From a virus, in the IMG/VR virus record IMGVR_UViG_3300038406_000088, positions 1-58,127 of that record: a stretch of 58,127 bases of DNA. One strand, given 5' to 3'. The position numbers and the translations under genes are program-made. The notes beneath the pieces are model-generated. The model saw nothing but the letters and a program-made list of their open reading frames with translations, did no database searches and was not told the origin of the DNA. Below, in pieces: positions 8,595 to 18,094 of this stretch (position 1 is the first letter of the stretch; each line of letters starts with the position of its first letter).

Positions 8595-8716
8595 ACGAGC
8601 GGAAAGGTTGGGTCATCCTCGCTGTTGGCGTGTTCCTCTTCGCAGTCTTCTGGCTGGGGTTCGCGCTGGCGATGTACTTGTACAGCACGGATCTCGCAGA
8701 GAGGATCTTGCAGTGA
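8591..8716 (+). CDS. tiny membrane protein (41 aa)
   Basis: ATGA overlap. Translates as MNERKGWVILAVGVFLFAVFWLGFALAMYLY. Confidence 0.4.
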   Translation: MNERKGWVILAVGVFLFAVFWLGFALAMYLYSTDLAERILQ

Positions 8717-8982
8717 ACGCCGATGCGCTGATAGTGGCATGTACGCCCGCGCTGGTGTTCGTTGGGTCAGCGATCGCTTACTACGGTTTCACCGAACGCG
8801 GTGACCCTGATCCGGTTCCGAGGGTTCGCAGAGGCGAATCGGAGTATGAGCCGTGGGGCATTCCGTGCCGCGTGCGGGCGTACCGGCTTCCTGGTGACGG
8901 CATCCGCAGATCGTACAAAGACGCACAGCACGACACACGACAACTGATGAAGATCATTGACACGGAAGGCGGAAAACGATGA
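8713..8982 (+). CDS. hypothetical protein with an N-terminal transmembrane helix
   Basis: GTGA overlap with the upstream gene. Confidence 0.45.
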   Translation: MNADALIVACTPALVFVGSAIAYYGFTERGDPDPVPRVRRGESEYEPWGIPCRVRAYRLPGDGIRRSYKDAQHDTRQLMKIIDTEGGKR

Positions 8983-9212
8983 GACGATCACCCATCGACA
9001 TGATGACGGCAGCGGAGATTGCCGAAGAGTACGGGTTTCATCTGACGCACATCTATTCACTCACCGGTCCGACGAACGCGCACCGTGACGCGGAGCTATT
9101 TCGGAGTCGAGTAGAGACGGACCCGAGCTGGCGAGCGGCTTACAATCCGAAGGCGAAGTACGTCTACCCAAGGTCGGCCGTGAAGGCTTGGCTTCGGAAC
9201 CGGGCGAAGTGA
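8979..9212 (+). CDS. helix-turn-helix DNA-binding protein (possible small terminase or excisionase-like)
   Basis: MTAAEIAEEYGFHLTHIYSL resembles an HTH motif. It is the last gene before terL on this strand. Confidence 0.4.
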   Translation: MRRSPIDMMTAAEIAEEYGFHLTHIYSLTGPTNAHRDAELFRSRVETDPSWRAAYNPKAKYVYPRSAVKAWLRNRAK

Positions 9213-9219
9213 CACAGAG

Positions 9220-9249
9220 ACGGCCACCTCTTGCGAGGTGGCCGTTTTC
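9220..9249. terminator. bidirectional hairpin terminator
   Basis: ACGGCCACCTC-ttgc-GAGGTGGCCGT followed by TTTT. Confidence 0.65.
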
Positions 9250-9250
9250 G

Positions 9251-9835
9251 TTATTCGGATTGTTGCTTTTTCAGCCGCTGCTTTGCGTTCCATGCACGCT
9301 TTCGATCTAGCCTGCATGCTCTGCAATCCCTACCGCCGTTAGGTCGGCTGTACGTGTTTTCGGGGGTGTAAGCGTGCCCGTTGTCGCAGTGATCCTTGCG
9401 CGCGTTTTTCGCCGCGAAACTTTCACCGCGCATCATGTTTTCGTACGGCGTCACAGCTTCGAGGTGCAACGGGTTGCAGCATTTCCGGTTACGACACAGG
9501 TGGTCGAGCTCCATGCCCTCGGGGATTTTGCCCACAAGATGTTCGTATGAAAACCTGTGAGTGAGGATAGTCTTTGTTGCTGCTGTGAACATTGTCCCGT
9601 ACCCACCCGGGTTGGTACAGCCTGTCCAGTTCCAGCATGTTTCTGTCTTTTCGACACGAGTCATAAAGTGTTCGAACGTGATGCCGATGAACATCGGCTT
9701 AATCGGGGTCAGTTCTTTCCCCGTGTACTGCTGCTGATAATGACTGTTACACCAGCCCTTTGCCCACACGTCGCGTTGGCAACCGGAGAACGAGCAGGTA
9801 GACTTAGGCATATCGACTCCTTGTAAGTCGGTCAC
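9251..9835 (-). CDS. HNH homing endonuclease
   Basis: TCWNWTG..GYG..THRFSYE..LDHLCRNRKCCNPLHLEAVT plus Cys-rich ends. GC is visibly lower than the flanking sequence. Confidence 0.85.
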   Translation of the reverse strand: MTDLQGVDMPKSTCSFSGCQRDVWAKGWCNSHYQQQYTGKELTPIKPMFIGITFEHFMTRVEKTETCWNWTGCTNPGGYGTMFTAATKTILTHRFSYEHLVGKIPEGMELDHLCRNRKCCNPLHLEAVTPYENMMRGESFAAKNARKDHCDNGHAYTPENTYSRPNGGRDCRACRLDRKRAWNAKQRLKKQQSE

Positions 9836-9866
9836 ATCCCCGGTCGTTCGCGCGACGCGGGGATCT

Positions 9867-11459
9867 TTGCTGTACCTAGGGTATCATGACCTCATGGATG
9901 CTTTCGGTTTGGATCTGGGTTCCGCCATCACGGATGCCTTTGATGATCTCACGAAAGCCAAAGTCGACTATGTGAATGACCCCGTAAGGTGGGCAGCGGA
10001 ACGCGGCAAGGCGCACCTGTGGTCAATGCAGAGAACCATCCTTGAGTCTGTTCGAGATAATCGGCGAACGGCAGTCCATGCCTCGCACTCAGTAGGTAAG
10101 TCCTATGTTGCCGCCATGGCCGCATGTTGGTGGATTGACTCTCATGTCCCGGGTGAGGCGTTTGTCCTAAGTTCTGCCCCTACGGCCGCGCAGGTACGCG
10201 CCGTCCTCTGGAGGACGATTAATCGTATTCATGCCAAAGCGGAGCTACCGGGAAGAATGAACCAAGTTGAATGGGTATTGCCTACTGGTTCCGACTCCGA
10301 AGAATTGGTAGCTATTGGGCGTAAACCTTCGGAACACTCCGAAGCTGCGTTCCAAGGGGTCCATGCCCGGTATGTTCTCGTGATTCTTGACGAGGCGAGC
10401 GGCGTCCCCGAATCGCTCTGGACGGCCGCCGAAAGTATAGCGAGCAACAAGAATGCGCGCATCTTGTGCATTGGTAATCCAGACCTCACATCAGGCCCTT
10501 TTGCGGACGCGTGTAAGCCCAGTAGCCCCTTTAACGTGCTGCACGTCGGGTATCAGCATTCCCCAGCCATGACCGGCGAGGATGTTCCGCAGCATGTGCT
10601 GGAAGAACTGATTTCCCCCGAATGGGTCGAAGACCGCAGACAGGCATGGGGGGAAGATTCCGCCCTATTTCAGGCAAAGTGCTTGGGGGAATTTCCGAGC
10701 GCATCAGCCGATCCATGGCGCGTGGTTCCCGAGGCGAACGCTGCGCAGTGCCGCTACATCGAACCGGCGTACAACCCCGATGCCGTACGCATCGGCGGGA
10801 TTGACGTTGGTGGTGGTGGTGACCGTACGGTCCTCGTGGAGCGCGTAGGGAGCGCTGTGCGCCGTATCGAGAGCTTCGCAGACACTGACCCCATGAAGAC
10901 GGTCGGCCGTTTGGCGAACCTGATCCAGGAGTGGAATCTTGAAAAGGTCAAGATCGACGTCGCGGGCCTGGGCTGGGGCATCGCAGGCCGATTGAGGGAA
11001 GTCCTCAAGGAGCGCGGGAGCAAGTGCACCGTCAAGGGGCTGAACTTCGCTTCCCGCTCAACACAGCCGAAGCGCTTCCTCAACTTGAGAGCAGAAGCGT
11101 GGTGGAACGGTCGCGAACTGTCACGAAACGAACTGTGGTCGTTGGCGAACCTTGATGACGACGCTATTGCCGAGCTGACCATGCCGCGCTATGAGATCGT
11201 AGACAGCTCGGGAAAGATCAAGATTGAAAAGAAAGATGAGGTGCGCGAACGCCTCGGGCGCTCCCCCGACATCGCCGACGCGCTGTTGCTCGCGTTCTAC
11301 GACGGGACCGGGAACGCAGAGGCTCACGACCCGAGGCAGGCGTACGCGGGTGCACGGCTCGATGAGGTCGCGGGGACGTACAGCCACTTCGGCGGCCCGC
11401 AGATCGAAGGCTTGCCCTTCTCGATTCCGACGCCGCTCGGTGGCCGTCTGACACGCTAA
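9867..11459 (+). CDS. terL: terminase large subunit
   Basis: Walker A-like HSVGKS and Walker B VLVILDEASG, with a C-terminal nuclease-like half. TTG start at 9867; an alternative ATG lies at 9894. Confidence 0.85.
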   Translation: MLYLGYHDLMDAFGLDLGSAITDAFDDLTKAKVDYVNDPVRWAAERGKAHLWSMQRTILESVRDNRRTAVHASHSVGKSYVAAMAACWWIDSHVPGEAFVLSSAPTAAQVRAVLWRTINRIHAKAELPGRMNQVEWVLPTGSDSEELVAIGRKPSEHSEAAFQGVHARYVLVILDEASGVPESLWTAAESIASNKNARILCIGNPDLTSGPFADACKPSSPFNVLHVGYQHSPAMTGEDVPQHVLEELISPEWVEDRRQAWGEDSALFQAKCLGEFPSASADPWRVVPEANAAQCRYIEPAYNPDAVRIGGIDVGGGGDRTVLVERVGSAVRRIESFADTDPMKTVGRLANLIQEWNLEKVKIDVAGLGWGIAGRLREVLKERGSKCTVKGLNFASRSTQPKRFLNLRAEAWWNGRELSRNELWSLANLDDDAIAELTMPRYEIVDSSGKIKIEKKDEVRERLGRSPDIADALLLAFYDGTGNAEAHDPRQAYAGARLDEVAGTYSHFGGPQIEGLPFSIPTPLGGRLTR

Positions 11460-11461
11460 AA

Positions 11462-11489
11462 GGGCCCGACATCCCCCGATGTCGAGCCC
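11462..11489 (+). terminator. hairpin terminator
   Basis: GGGCCCGACATC-cccc-GATGTCGAGCCC lies after the terL stop. Confidence 0.55.
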
Positions 11490-11527
11490 TTCGCATAGCC
11501 TTGCGGCATGTTCAGTTTAGCAGGCTG

Positions 11528-11743
11528 TCAGTCTCTGTCCTGCTCTCGTGCGCACCATTGGCACACTGTTTCCAGGTTGTCATAGCTGTCCGGTTTGAAC
11601 CAGACACGGCGCACGACCTTGAGCATCTTCGCGGGCGGGGTCCGTCCGCAGTTGCTGGTGCACCGGTACCCGTCGCGCTCTTTGATGATCGGCGTGAACA
11701 GCTTGTGGTCACCACCGACAGGCGGCATCATCGTCATCGTCAT
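11528..11743 (-). CDS. small HNH-like (beta-beta-alpha-Me) nuclease, degenerate
   Basis: DGYRC..C...NLETVCQWC pattern. ATGA overlap with the upstream gene. Confidence 0.45.
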   Translation of the reverse strand: MTMTMMPPVGGDHKLFTPIIKERDGYRCTSNCGRTPPAKMLKVVRRVWFKPDSYDNLETVCQWCAREQDRD

Positions 11744-11979
11744 CGGGGCAGCCGCGAAACGAAGATCTCGGGAACGAGGGCACCGGGGTTGTCGGTCATC
11801 GACACGAGTCGGGTACCGACCGCGTTGGCGTAGGCGCGGGCACGCATCTCCCACGCGTTCATGAGGGTGGCGAACTTCGCGGCGTTGGTGAGGTCACCGG
11901 CCTGTCGGGCGCGGGCAGCGCGGTTCCGGTCGAGGTTGCGCATCGTGGTGGCCTGGTTGAGGAGAGCGAGAGCAGACAT
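11740..11979 (-). CDS. hypothetical protein
   Basis: Start at MSALALL after an AAAGGA ribosome-binding site. Confidence 0.5.
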   Translation of the reverse strand: MSALALLNQATTMRNLDRNRAARARQAGDLTNAAKFATLMNAWEMRARAYANAVGTRLVSMTDNPGALVPEIFVSRLPR

Positions 11980-12018
11980 GGTCTTTGTCCTTTGCGTCGT
12001 GTGTCTTGGTACCTCTCC

Positions 12019-12047
12019 AAGGTATGCCGTGCGGGACCGACCGTCAA
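12019..12047 (-). promoter_or_regulatory. putative promoter
   Basis: The minus strand reads TTGACG-N17-TACCTT. Confidence 0.4.
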
Positions 12048-12147
12048 GACCGGCGAGCAAGATTTCTCGAATTATTTTGTGGGACCCCGGTGCAGCGTGC
12101 GCGCCTGGCTTGGTGTAGGGTAGAGACAACGACGGAAGGACATAAAG

Positions 12148-12453
12148 ATGAACGTCAAGACCTGGGAAGTTGTCGAAGAGACGAACGCATGGACTGGTGA
12201 GGTCACCACCCGTCACCTTCGCTTCTACTCCAACACCGAACGCACCAACCGTACCTACTCGCAGGTGTACGAGCTGGCGGGACGAATCTACTGGTCAGCG
12301 AACATCTACATTGCTTTTCGTCCCGACCTCTCCCGCCTGTTGTCCGGCCGTTATGCCGCTGTCCCCGGTGCGCTCGCAGTGGCGAAGATGCGCGCCTCAC
12401 GGATTGCGCTGGACGCGCTGCGGAAGGCAGAGACGCGGCGACACGCCGTGTAG
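12148..12453 (+). CDS. hypothetical protein
   Basis: 101-aa ORF with a GGAAGGA ribosome-binding site. Confidence 0.55.
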   Translation: MNVKTWEVVEETNAWTGEVTTRHLRFYSNTERTNRTYSQVYELAGRIYWSANIYIAFRPDLSRLLSGRYAAVPGALAVAKMRASRIALDALRKAETRRHAV

Positions 12454-12467
12454 GTCAACCGAATAGC

Positions 12468-12497
12468 GCCCCGGACTGTACGAATGTCCGGGGCTTT
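12468..12497 (+). terminator. hairpin terminator
   Basis: GCCCCGGAC-9 nt-GTCCGGGGC followed by TTTCG. Confidence 0.6.
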
Positions 12498-12590
12498 CGT
12501 GTGCCCAAAAGTCAGAGCGGTGCTCTCGTCTGTGCTACCGTGACTCGATGAGTGACACGGTGATTACAAGCGAATCAAGAGGTGACAGCC

Positions 12591-13277
12591 ATGCCTAGCA
12601 ATTGGCGATTGGCGAAGAGTCTCGACGTTCTGCGAGACGAGATCAAATCGAAGTATTCCGGGACTACTGTCTGGACTATCGGAGACGCTGACCACCAGAG
12701 CGGGTACTCAGATCACAACCCCACGACTAAGGGCGTTGTCTGCGCTATCGACGTCAAGGCCGATGGCGGTATGGAGCTCCACGCCTTCGTGCGGCACCTG
12801 GTCACGAACCAGCACCCGAACCTGCGGTACGTGATCTTCAATCGGAAGATCTACCAGCGTAGGAACAAATTCGCTGCACAGGACTACAACGGCAGCAATG
12901 CACATGCGACCCATGTGCACGTGTCCGTTGGCAACGGCCCGGATGGCCGGAGCACGAGCGGCTACGACAGCACGGCATCGTGGGGGATCGATGATCTCGG
13001 CAAACCCCCCGCGCCCTCCGCGCCAGCGAAGCCGAGCAAGCCGAGTACCGAAAAGAACAGGTTGGGGGACAAGATGCCGACACTCAAACGCGGTAGCAAG
13101 GGAACCGACGTGCGCCGTCTGCAAGGGCTGCTCACTGCAAACGGGTACAAGACCAACATGGACGGCATCTTCGGGCCACAGACCGAAAAGAAGGTTCGGG
13201 CGTTCCAGTCGAAGCACGCGAAGCCCGTGGACTCCATTGTCGGGAAACTGACCTGGAATGCCCTGCTGGGTGTCTAG
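12591..13277 (+). CDS. endolysin: LAS/M15-type zinc peptidase plus a PG_binding_1 domain
   Basis: SDH..AIDV and HATHVHVS metal-ligand pattern. The C-terminus GTDVRRLQGLL..NGY..DGIFGPQTEKKVRAFQ is a classic peptidoglycan-binding repeat. Confidence 0.8.
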   Translation: MPSNWRLAKSLDVLRDEIKSKYSGTTVWTIGDADHQSGYSDHNPTTKGVVCAIDVKADGGMELHAFVRHLVTNQHPNLRYVIFNRKIYQRRNKFAAQDYNGSNAHATHVHVSVGNGPDGRSTSGYDSTASWGIDDLGKPPAPSAPAKPSKPSTEKNRLGDKMPTLKRGSKGTDVRRLQGLLTANGYKTNMDGIFGPQTEKKVRAFQSKHAKPVDSIVGKLTWNALLGV

Positions 13278-13580
13278 GTGCTGCCCGAACTGAGCCCTGA
13301 GGTATGGACCGCAGCGGGAATCATCGGGGCCGCGCTACTAGGCGGTATTGTAAGAAAGGTGTGGAATCCCTTGCGTAAGTTCGTCGCAACCGTCGATGCC
13401 ATCGCGGGCAGGCCGGAGCGCTACCCCGGTGACGAGGAGGCGCAGCCCGGACTTGCCGAACGCTTCGACAGGATCGACAAGTCGATCAAGGGCGTCAACG
13501 AGAAGCTGACGGCGATGCGATCCGAAGTCGACGCCGTGAAGACGCACGTACAGAACCTGGAAACGGAGTGCCCGTCATGA
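13278..13580 (+). CDS. lysis-associated membrane protein (N-terminal transmembrane helix plus coiled coil)
   Basis: One hydrophobic helix followed by a helical acidic region. Sits directly after the endolysin. Confidence 0.45.
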   Translation: MLPELSPEVWTAAGIIGAALLGGIVRKVWNPLRKFVATVDAIAGRPERYPGDEEAQPGLAERFDRIDKSIKGVNEKLTAMRSEVDAVKTHVQNLETECPS

Positions 13581-13774
13581 GCGGACCACGCGCAACCATC
13601 TACGCACTCGGCGCGGCGCTGATCGCAGTGTTCGCCTACTACACCGGAGCTACGTCGGAAGAGGTCGCGCTCTGGGCTGCACTGCTCGCAGCGACGATCC
13701 CGTTCGGCGCGCTCGTTCTCGCGACCGTGAAGACGTGGCCGCGCAAGCCGAAGGCGGAATCTGATAATGCCTGA
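13577..13774 (+). CDS. holin candidate (2 transmembrane helices)
   Basis: ATGA overlap. Two hydrophobic helices and a charged C-terminus. Confidence 0.5.
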   Translation: MSGPRATIYALGAALIAVFAYYTGATSEEVALWAALLAATIPFGALVLATVKTWPRKPKAESDNA

Positions 13775-14099
13775 GTGGTGGCTAGTCGCGCTGGCATCGC
13801 TCGCGGCTTACCGAGTGACACGACTAGTCACCTCCGACAAGATCACGGAACCGATTTTCGACCGACTGCGGTTCGGACTCGAACGCCGTTGGTACGAGAA
13901 GCACGGGCCGATCGGGTCTGATACGCACTTCAATTCGAAGCTGGCGTACCTACTCTCGTGCCCGTGGTGCCTCGGATTCTGGGTGTGCGGCGTGTTCACG
14001 GTGGTACTATCGGTGGCGTATGGACTCGATTACCCGATACTCACATGGTTGGCAATGTCAACCGTGGTCGGGTTCTTGGGACGCATCGACGGGGATTAG
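13767..14099 (+). CDS. DUF1360-like membrane protein
   Basis: AAYRVTRLVTSDKIT and CPWCLGFW motifs resemble DUF1360. Confidence 0.5.
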   Translation: MPEWWLVALASLAAYRVTRLVTSDKITEPIFDRLRFGLERRWYEKHGPIGSDTHFNSKLAYLLSCPWCLGFWVCGVFTVVLSVAYGLDYPILTWLAMSTVVGFLGRIDGD

Positions 14100-14107
14100 G
14101 GCAACAC

Positions 14108-15520
14108 ATGGGACTTCCGGCGTTCGGCACTACGCTCATAGCGTCCGCTTCCGTGCTGTCCCCTGCACGCGCCTACAACCCCCAGTACACCTCCGTACAG
14201 GATCAGCTCTGGGATTACTACTACCGGCTGGAAGAGTTCTCGGCTGCGGTCAACTGGAAGGGCAACGCGCTTTCGCGCGTTCGACTGCTCGCAGCTGAGT
14301 ACATCCCTGGTGGCGACGAACCGTTGCCGATCGCCGAAGGACCGGCCGCCGATGCGGTAGCTCGGCTCGCGGGCGGTATCGGCGGGCAGTCGCAGCTCAT
14401 GAAGCTCATGGGGATTCACTACAACGTCCCCGGTGAGGGTTGGCTTGTCGGCCACGAAGACGAAGACGGCGAAGAGATTTGGGCGGTATATTCCGCTGAC
14501 GAACTCCGCGTGCGCGAAGGCGTGTATCAGCTCCGCGTAGGCGAGTCGCAACGCGCCTGGGAAGCGCTCGGGTCTGACACGATGGTGGTCAGGTTCTGGC
14601 GTCCCGACGAGCGGTACTCGTACCGCGCGACCTCGGTAGCGGCGCACGCGCTCGGGTCAATGAGCGAGCTTGATCTCATCAATAAGCGCATCGTGGCGGA
14701 AACCGTATCGCGTCTGGCGTCGAACGGCATCCTGCTCTACGACCGTGGCAAGCTCTCGTTTCCGCAGACCGCGAACCCCAGCGGTGTGGAAGGGCAGGAC
14801 CCGTTCGCGCAAGTCCTCGTTGAAGTCGCGTCGCGCGGTATCAAAGACGCGATGAGCGCGGAAGCGGCGCTCAAGCTACCCGTGGGCGTCGACCTCGGGG
14901 ACAACACCGAAACCAAACTTGCTGATGTCATGATGGCGTTGGACCTGTCGAACCCGATCGATGACAAGCTCATTCCCCAACGCGAAAGCGCGATCCGGCG
15001 TCTTGCCACGGCGCTTGACCTTCCGAGTGACCTGCTCCTCGGCGTGTCCGGCATGAATCACTGGGGTGCGGCACAGGTTGAAGAGTCCGGCATCAAACTC
15101 CACATTGCGCCTGACGCTGAGATGATCTGCCACGCGCTCACGAAGGGGTACCTCACCCCAGTGCTTCGCGCGGGCGGGCATGACCTGATCGGCCCCAACG
15201 GCGGCCGTATCGTCATGTGGTACGACCCGTCGGAGATCGTGCAGCGTCCCGACAAGTCGGATGACGCGATCCTGGCGTATGACCGACTGGAGATCAGCGG
15301 TCGGGCGTTGCGTCGTGAGATCGGCATGTCGGAATCGGACAAGCCGAGCTCTGCGGACTTGGACGAGATGACCGATAAGCTCGAACGCCGCAGCATGGGC
15401 GCGGCGGCTGTCGCGAACCCCCCACAGGCTGAACCTGAGATGGGCACGGAGTCAACGGAAGGTGACGCAGGTGCCGAAGATCCCGCGAACACGCAGGCGC
15501 GGAACCCGGGTGAGGTCTGA
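14108..15520 (+). CDS. portal protein
   Basis: About 470 aa, positioned before MuF/protease, with an acidic C-terminus. Start chosen to avoid overlapping the upstream gene. Confidence 0.75.
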   Translation: MGLPAFGTTLIASASVLSPARAYNPQYTSVQDQLWDYYYRLEEFSAAVNWKGNALSRVRLLAAEYIPGGDEPLPIAEGPAADAVARLAGGIGGQSQLMKLMGIHYNVPGEGWLVGHEDEDGEEIWAVYSADELRVREGVYQLRVGESQRAWEALGSDTMVVRFWRPDERYSYRATSVAAHALGSMSELDLINKRIVAETVSRLASNGILLYDRGKLSFPQTANPSGVEGQDPFAQVLVEVASRGIKDAMSAEAALKLPVGVDLGDNTETKLADVMMALDLSNPIDDKLIPQRESAIRRLATALDLPSDLLLGVSGMNHWGAAQVEESGIKLHIAPDAEMICHALTKGYLTPVLRAGGHDLIGPNGGRIVMWYDPSEIVQRPDKSDDAILAYDRLEISGRALRREIGMSESDKPSSADLDEMTDKLERRSMGAAAVANPPQAEPEMGTESTEGDAGAEDPANTQARNPGEV

Positions 15521-17853
15521 TGGCTACCGTTCCGCTGCAAACCTTGGAAGAACTCGAACTCAGTTCCGAGGAGTTCGAGGCGCTGGTCATGGCCGGTCTG
15601 ACGGCCGCGATGATCGAAGTGATGAACACCGAGGACATCGACCGCGCGTTGCGTGAAGCGGATCAGACCGCGATGGACGCTATCGTGACGATCTGGGCTG
15701 CGTATGTGGCTGCCGAACTGTCACCTGCGCTTGAGCTGAACATGCTGAACGCGAGCGTTTCCACGATCGCCCATCTCGCCGAAGCGGTCGGCAATCCACT
15801 TACGCTGCTCGCTGACCAACCGCTCGACACCGAACTGTACCTACAGCAGGCAGTGAACCGCCTTGTCGGCATCGGCGATGCGCTGTGGTTCAATGCGCGT
15901 GCCGCGCTGGTTGAGGGTACCGAGCTTGGCGAGTCGATTCCGAAGCTCGCCGCTCGTGTCCGTGACGCGGTTGGCGTGACTGAAGGTCGCGCGCGGATGA
16001 TTGCCAGAACGGAAGTCCACGGCGCACGCAACACGGTAGCTATGGGCACCATGCAGCGATTCGAGTCTGCCTATGGCATCCCCGCCGGTGTCATGCGCAA
16101 GGAGTGGCAGGCGACCGAGGACACGCGCACGCGCGTAGAACACCGCGAAGCAGACGGGCAGACGGTTGCGTTCAGCGAGCCCTTCATAGTAGGCGGATTC
16201 CCACTGGCGTTTCCGGGGGACCCGACTGGACCGGCTTCACTCGTCATAAATTGCAGGTGTAGTCCTCTAGCGGTGTTCAACCCCGCTGATCTGAACCTGA
16301 ACGACAACGGCGCGGTACTCACACTGAACGCCGCAGCCTACGAAGAGGAGCAACCCATGCCTTGGCGAGTCGAGACGGGCAACGCGGAATGCGGAGCCGG
16401 GCAGTATGCCGTGGTCAAAGAGGCTGACGGAGAAGTCGAGGGTTGCCACGACACGGAAGAGGCGGCGCTCGCTCAAATGGCAGCGCTGTACGCGTCCGAA
16501 ACTGATCGTGCTGCACCGATGGCGCGGAATGTTGCCCCGTGGTCAGGCGTGATCGTGGTCGAAGGTGCACCTGCCTACGACGGCCAGGAGTACGCAGTTG
16601 GTGCACTCACGTGGCCCGAACTCGGCGCAACCGAATCACTTGAGATTCCGCTCGGCTGGAAGTACGAACGCGCGCATGGCGGCGTTGACAACGGCAACAC
16701 CGTGGATGTCGGGCGTGTTGACCACATCGAGCGCATTGGGAACGAGATCCACGCGCGTGGCGTGCTTGACCTGGATTCCCCTTGGGGCCGCGAGGCTGCT
16801 CGGCAGATGGGTACCCGGATGGATCCAGGATTCCTCGCGGGCATCTCCATCATCGATGACAGCGGCAACCAAGGTGATGTCGAAGTCGTCATGCCTGATG
16901 GTTGCGAAGAGCTGTCCGAGGACGCCGAAGGCTCCGAAATCGCACGCTGCATGACCGCTGAAAAAGTCATCTACCATTCCGGTAGGATTCGTTCCGCAGA
17001 CCTGGTGAGCATCCCCGCCTTTGTTGAAGCTCGCGTGTACCTGGACGACGAAACCGCTGTGCCCGAACCTACTGCCGATGATCTCGACGCGGAAGAACTC
17101 GTCACCGCTTCGGCGTACACGATCACGATTCCCGATCTTCCCCCGGTCGACTGGTTCGATGAGCCGAAAGAGGTTCCCGAGATCGGTGCCATCACGGTCA
17201 CTGACGACGGCAGGTTCTTCGGCTACCTCGCGCCCAAGCAGGTGGCGCACCGAGGTTACCGCGACAAGCGGGTCACGGTGCCTACGGGCAACGTCGACTA
17301 CGGCATTTGGATGAACCGCGCAACCATGGTTGACGACGGCAAGGGCGGATACACGAAGATCGCCACCGGCCCCATCACGATGGACTGCGGCCACGCGCCG
17401 ATGGGTCCGAAGGGCTCGGCTCGGCGCGAGCACTACGACAACGCGTGCTCGGTGGTCGCTACGGCTCGTGTTGGGGAGAACGCGCGCGGCGTGTGGATCT
17501 CGGGCGCACTCATTCCCGGTGTCGACGCTGGGCAGGTGGCGCGCATGATGGCGTGCCAGTTGTCCGGCGACTGGGGTCCGCACCGCGAGAAGCCGGGGAA
17601 GCGCGAGCTTGCCGCTGCGCTGCTCGTTCCGGTGCCAGGGTTCCCGACGCGTAGCCGGTCGTTCACGATTCAGGGCGGTGAACTCGCCAGAACGGTAACG
17701 CCGGTCCGATTCGGTACACACGCGGGCGTGGTTGAGCCTGTGGGGATGCGTGCCGCTGTCGACAGGATGGCTGCTCAAGTGGGCCGCGATCCTGAATCAA
17801 GAATGCGTGAGTTCGCCGTGAGCTTGCGCAAGACCTTGAGAGGTGATGAGTGA
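15520..17853 (+). CDS. MuF-like head morphogenesis protein fused to a capsid maturation protease
   Basis: The N-terminus carries ARTEVHGARN (MuF/SPP1 gp7-like). The C-terminal half carries LTWPE..PLGW..HGG..VGRVDHIER.G.EIHARGVLD..EAARQ, as in prohead proteases. Confidence 0.75.
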   Translation: MATVPLQTLEELELSSEEFEALVMAGLTAAMIEVMNTEDIDRALREADQTAMDAIVTIWAAYVAAELSPALELNMLNASVSTIAHLAEAVGNPLTLLADQPLDTELYLQQAVNRLVGIGDALWFNARAALVEGTELGESIPKLAARVRDAVGVTEGRARMIARTEVHGARNTVAMGTMQRFESAYGIPAGVMRKEWQATEDTRTRVEHREADGQTVAFSEPFIVGGFPLAFPGDPTGPASLVINCRCSPLAVFNPADLNLNDNGAVLTLNAAAYEEEQPMPWRVETGNAECGAGQYAVVKEADGEVEGCHDTEEAALAQMAALYASETDRAAPMARNVAPWSGVIVVEGAPAYDGQEYAVGALTWPELGATESLEIPLGWKYERAHGGVDNGNTVDVGRVDHIERIGNEIHARGVLDLDSPWGREAARQMGTRMDPGFLAGISIIDDSGNQGDVEVVMPDGCEELSEDAEGSEIARCMTAEKVIYHSGRIRSADLVSIPAFVEARVYLDDETAVPEPTADDLDAEELVTASAYTITIPDLPPVDWFDEPKEVPEIGAITVTDDGRFFGYLAPKQVAHRGYRDKRVTVPTGNVDYGIWMNRATMVDDGKGGYTKIATGPITMDCGHAPMGPKGSARREHYDNACSVVATARVGENARGVWISGALIPGVDAGQVARMMACQLSGDWGPHREKPGKRELAAALLVPVPGFPTRSRSFTIQGGELARTVTPVRFGTHAGVVEPVGMRAAVDRMAAQVGRDPESRMREFAVSLRKTLRGDE

Positions 17854-18005
17854 TGGGCTGCAACTGTGGCAAGAAAAAGGGCGGGGTGTCGGTGTTCTCC
17901 ACGGAGGAACAGGCGCGTATTGCCAAGCAACGGAACGTGACGGTCATGACTTCGGCTGGTTCTTCGAACGGTTCGAAGACGAAGACCGCTACGACGGACA
18001 GCTAA
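17853..18005 (+). CDS. hypothetical small protein (50 aa)
   Basis: TGATG overlap with the upstream gene. Translates as MGCNCGKKKGG...; sits between protease and capsid. Confidence 0.3.
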   Translation: MGCNCGKKKGGVSVFSTEEQARIAKQRNVTVMTSAGSSNGSKTKTATTDS

Positions 18006-18094
18006 TAGCACACGATTCCAAGGCGATTTCTCAATTTCGCCTGTGAATCGTGTGTAGAATCCGAGTATTCACTTCAATACACAGAGGGAACGCG

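Noticed and set aside
13958-14107. Extended N-terminus of the portal ORF
   Set aside because: It would overlap the DUF1360-like gene by about 140 nt and is Arg/Gly-rich. The ATG at 14108 gives a normal gene junction.
16636-17778. Long antisense ORFs opposite clear genes (also 32336-33391, 25437-26249, 42602-44026, 45586-46665, 55880-57628, 19316-20038)
   Set aside because: These are typical high-GC shadow ORFs. They are Arg/Pro/Gly-rich and low in complexity, and they lie opposite genes that carry strong functional motifs.
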